Assembly: GCA_001179505.1 (NCBI GenBank)
Contig: CDMY01000257.1
Span: 83,088-147,087, forward strand
Reading direction: 5' to 3'
Length of the DNA: 64,000 nucleotides
From: Vitrella brassicaformis CCMP3155
Taxonomy: Eukaryota; Protista; Chromerida
The notes below the pieces were generated by a model that ran no database searches, was not told the DNA's origin, and saw nothing but the letters and a program-made list of their open reading frames with translations. This document shows positions 61,028-64,000 of the stretch, in pieces. A program made the translations under genes and the position numbers. Every line of letters starts with the position of its first letter. The first letter of the stretch is position 1.

Positions 61028-63422
61028 ATGCAATTCATCAAGGCGACCCCTGGGATGCCCCTCCTCGCCCTTTTCTCTGCCCTGCTCTCGCAATGGAGCC
61101 GCTTGGCCACTGCACACGAGGCGCTCGGCGGTGACAGGCCACCGATTATTTTCGTCCCCGGCTGGCCCCTGTCGAATCTGCAGATGGACGTCGTTCTGGA
61201 GACCACGCCGCCCGCACCATCCACAGTCTCCCGTTCTGGGCGTCTGCGCGGCCTGAAGGACCTGTGGGACCTGCTGGGGATTGACAGTGGCCCAGGCGAC
61301 GATGTTGACGTGCTACCGGCAAGGTGCATCTCGCTACTCACGGCCAATGAGAGGATGACCTTTCAGTTCGTGTTCGATCCCGTCGCCGGCAATCCACTGC
61401 CCTCTGAGCTGCCGTGGGAGTGCGCTGCAGGTCTTTTGCGCCTCGCCGTTGACGAGCCATCGCGGCACCTGAAGGATGAGGCGGGCGGTGAGGTGTATGT
61501 CAATGTTTCGACGTCTATCGTCAACTTCGGCTCGGTGACTTGTGCGCATGTCTACAACGAGGAGCCATACGTCGTGTGGCGGTTGATTGAGGCTGGCTAC
61601 GAGCCGGGCAAGGACCTATTCGTGGCCTGCTATGACTGGCTGAGGGCGCCGGGAGATGCTGTGCTGACGACCAAGGGGGACACGCCTAAGCCATGGGTGC
61701 AGCTGGTGAGCGCGAACACGCATACAGGGAGACGGCTGCATACGCATGCCTTTCCTTTCGTTCAGATGAAGGAGTTGGTCGAGCGGGCGGTGGCGACGAA
61801 TGGCAATCGGAAGGCCGTCATCATTGGACACAGCTCCGGCGGCCCCTACAGCCACGCATTCATCAGCCACCTGCACCACCAGGCCTACCCTGTGCAGGAC
61901 CTCATTGATCGATATGTCACCCTCGCCGCCTCGCCGGAAGGCAGTGGGGCTCTCTTCGTCGCCGCGCTCACCGGTGTCCTGGCTGACGCCTCCGTAGTCG
62001 ACAAGACCCCAATGGGCCCCAACCCTGCCATCGCCATGTCGATGCGCTACTGGCCGTCCATCTGGTACCAGCTGCCGATTGCTCGCGCGTTTGGCGACCA
62101 GGTGCTGGTGAAGACGCCGCAGAGAGAGTACCTGGCCAAGGACATGGAGGATGTGCTCGAGATTGACGACGATGAGGCGAAGGAGCGGCTGGTGGACGTC
62201 TATCGACACGCTGAGGTGGACACGCCCCCGCTGGTGCCGCTGAACTGCTGGTGAGGGGAAGGGAGAGAGAGGGGAGAAGGACACACAGAAGGCGTCACCT
62301 ACGTGTGTGTCTTTGGGTGCAGGTACAGTGAGGGTTTGGAGACCATCGTTGGTGCGGAGCTGTCCGACGAGATATCAAACGACTTCAACTACAACCTCAC
62401 CAAATTCATCACAGTAAGCAGCCAGTTCACCCATACACACCCAAGACACAACACATGGCTGATGGATCGGCCCTCCCTGTGTTTCTTGTGATTAGGTTGA
62501 CGGCGATTCCAGTCAGGAGTGGATGACCAACGAGGGCTGCCAGAGGTGGACCGACGCCCAGTCCAAGGCCGGGAAGCTGTGCGACATCCGCGCCTTCGCC
62601 AAGATCCCCCACATGCAGATGGCATCCAATGCCACCGTCATGAACGAGCTCATGCAGATCATCCACGGCATCGACCAGCACAACAGACTCGCCAGGCTCA
62701 AGCTGGAGGCCGACCAGAAGGAGGCAGCCAGCCTCTCGACCGACTCCAAGAGGCAACAGTTATCGCTCGGGCTGGAGAGGGCCGCTGCTGCCGGTGGGGC
62801 GGCCACGAACGAGAGCAGCGTGACCACTGAGACGCAGGACGCGTCATTACCGTCAGAGAACGACACTGTGGTCACATCAGCAGGCAACAACAAGACGGCC
62901 AAGAACGCCACAGCGAGCAGCAGTAGCAGCGCCACTGTCGACGAGCTGTCGGAGGAGGACAAGGAAGAGCAGCTGGAGCGGCAGGAGCGGCCGTGGATGC
63001 AGTTCGTCGCCGTGGCCATCCTCGCCTGTGTGGGCATAGGCCTCATTCTCCTCCTCTTCTTCATCTGCCAGTCCTGCACACTCAGCCGCGAGGCTCGCAT
63101 ACGCGCCCAGATGGGCGACGTCGACTACAGCGACCTTATCGATGACGCCCTGGACGGCAGCAAAGGCAACCCTGGCGGCTTCACGAGACTAAGGGAAGCG
63201 CCGGCCCCCGGGACGACACGGGAGAATGGGTACAAGGCGGGCGGGGAGGTGCCCCGGCTGAGTGCGGCGAGCGGTACGACCCATGAGGACGTCAGCGAGT
63301 TGACGCCGCTGACGAGCCAAAGGGAGGTGGATGGGGAGGCCAGGGGCAGGAGGCAGCAGCAGCAGCAGACCGCAGCGCAGGAACAGGCTGATGATGACGA
63401 CGACGTGAACCTGACGGTGTGA
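61028..63422 (+). CDS. LCAT/lysosomal PLA2-family acyltransferase with signal peptide and C-terminal TM helix
   Basis: PPIIFVPGW, DLFVACYDWLRAP, VIIGHSSGG (nucleophile Ser), VDGDSS (Asp), IPHMQM (His); TM FVAVAILACVGIGLILLLFFIC. Introns near 61706-61766, 62251-62322 and 62414-62496. Confidence 0.88.
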
Positions 63423-64000
63423 TGGCATCATCACTGGTGTGGGAGGCCGGGGTGCTTGTGGTGTGGTGTTCATCTTGGTTGTTGATTGATTGATTGATTG
63501 ATGTGTGTGTGTGTGTATGTGTGTCTGTGAGTGGATGAGTGAGAGAGAGTGTGTCGGTTTATCTATCATATGCCTATGGATGGTGGGCCGTTTTGGTCGC
63601 TCACTGCTCGAGGGAGAAAGGAGGGCGGCATTGGTAGTGTGTAATTTGGTAATTGGTAATGATTGAGTGAGTGAGCGGGCCGGGTCCACCGGATGGCCGT
63701 AATACATGACAAGCGCGTACTTCAGCTGTGCGGGTGGCCGCGCAGCCGAAGCCTGTACTTGCCATAGGCCACACCATGGGCAGGCAGGTGGCACACGGCA
63801 GGACAGAAGCAAGGCCGAGATGATCTGACGTCACTTTGCGAGTGTTAGGTGTGCTTTATCAATGCCATCTGCTGTAGCTCGCAAATCACGATGTGAGGAG
63901 AATTTCTCCTCACGTTGTCTGTGGTGGGCTCCGCAAGCGCCACCATCACGCCCACCTCATCGCGAGCTCCCTACCGACGTGCGGGTCGCCTCACCTCTCT

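Noticed and set aside
1-64000. Hundreds of overlapping six-frame ORFs
   Set aside because: These are by-products of high GC content and intronic repeats (CVCVCV, THTHTH, DRQTDR). Only spliced models with family motifs or paralogue support were kept.
63423-64000. Possible gene start at window end
   Set aside because: Too little sequence and no recognisable motif.

Overview
Intron-rich eukaryotic nuclear DNA. It is GC-rich, with short GT-AG introns full of (GT)n/(GTCT)n tracts and four 300-N gaps. The style suggests a chromerid alveolate such as Vitrella; this is an inference. Most six-frame ORFs are artefacts, so I rebuilt the gene models by hand from splice sites. Genes in order: 3' part of a giant DUF3638/DUF3645 protein with a full SF2-helicase motif set, EF-hands and a Vps62-like end; a small hypothetical gene; MPP10; a P/U-type cyclin; about 8.8 kb of microsatellite-rich non-coding DNA; a probable plastid-targeted protein; a multi-TM protein with PAS domains; a MYND-finger protein; UTP21/WDR36; a duplicated region (about 43-58.6 kb); a hypothetical gene; and an LCAT-family acyltransferase with a C-terminal TM helix. 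The main find is in the duplicated region and is absent from the ORF track. A two-exon gene for a small, acidic, 8-10-Cys secreted peptide (CCC-x3-C-xn-C-x3-C-x3-C) occurs three times. Each copy is head-to-head, with only 91-108 bp between ATGs, with a copy of a roughly 1,100-aa secreted glycoprotein of unknown family (the 44.3 kb copy is truncated). The pair has been duplicated as a unit, alongside captured UTP21 fragments.
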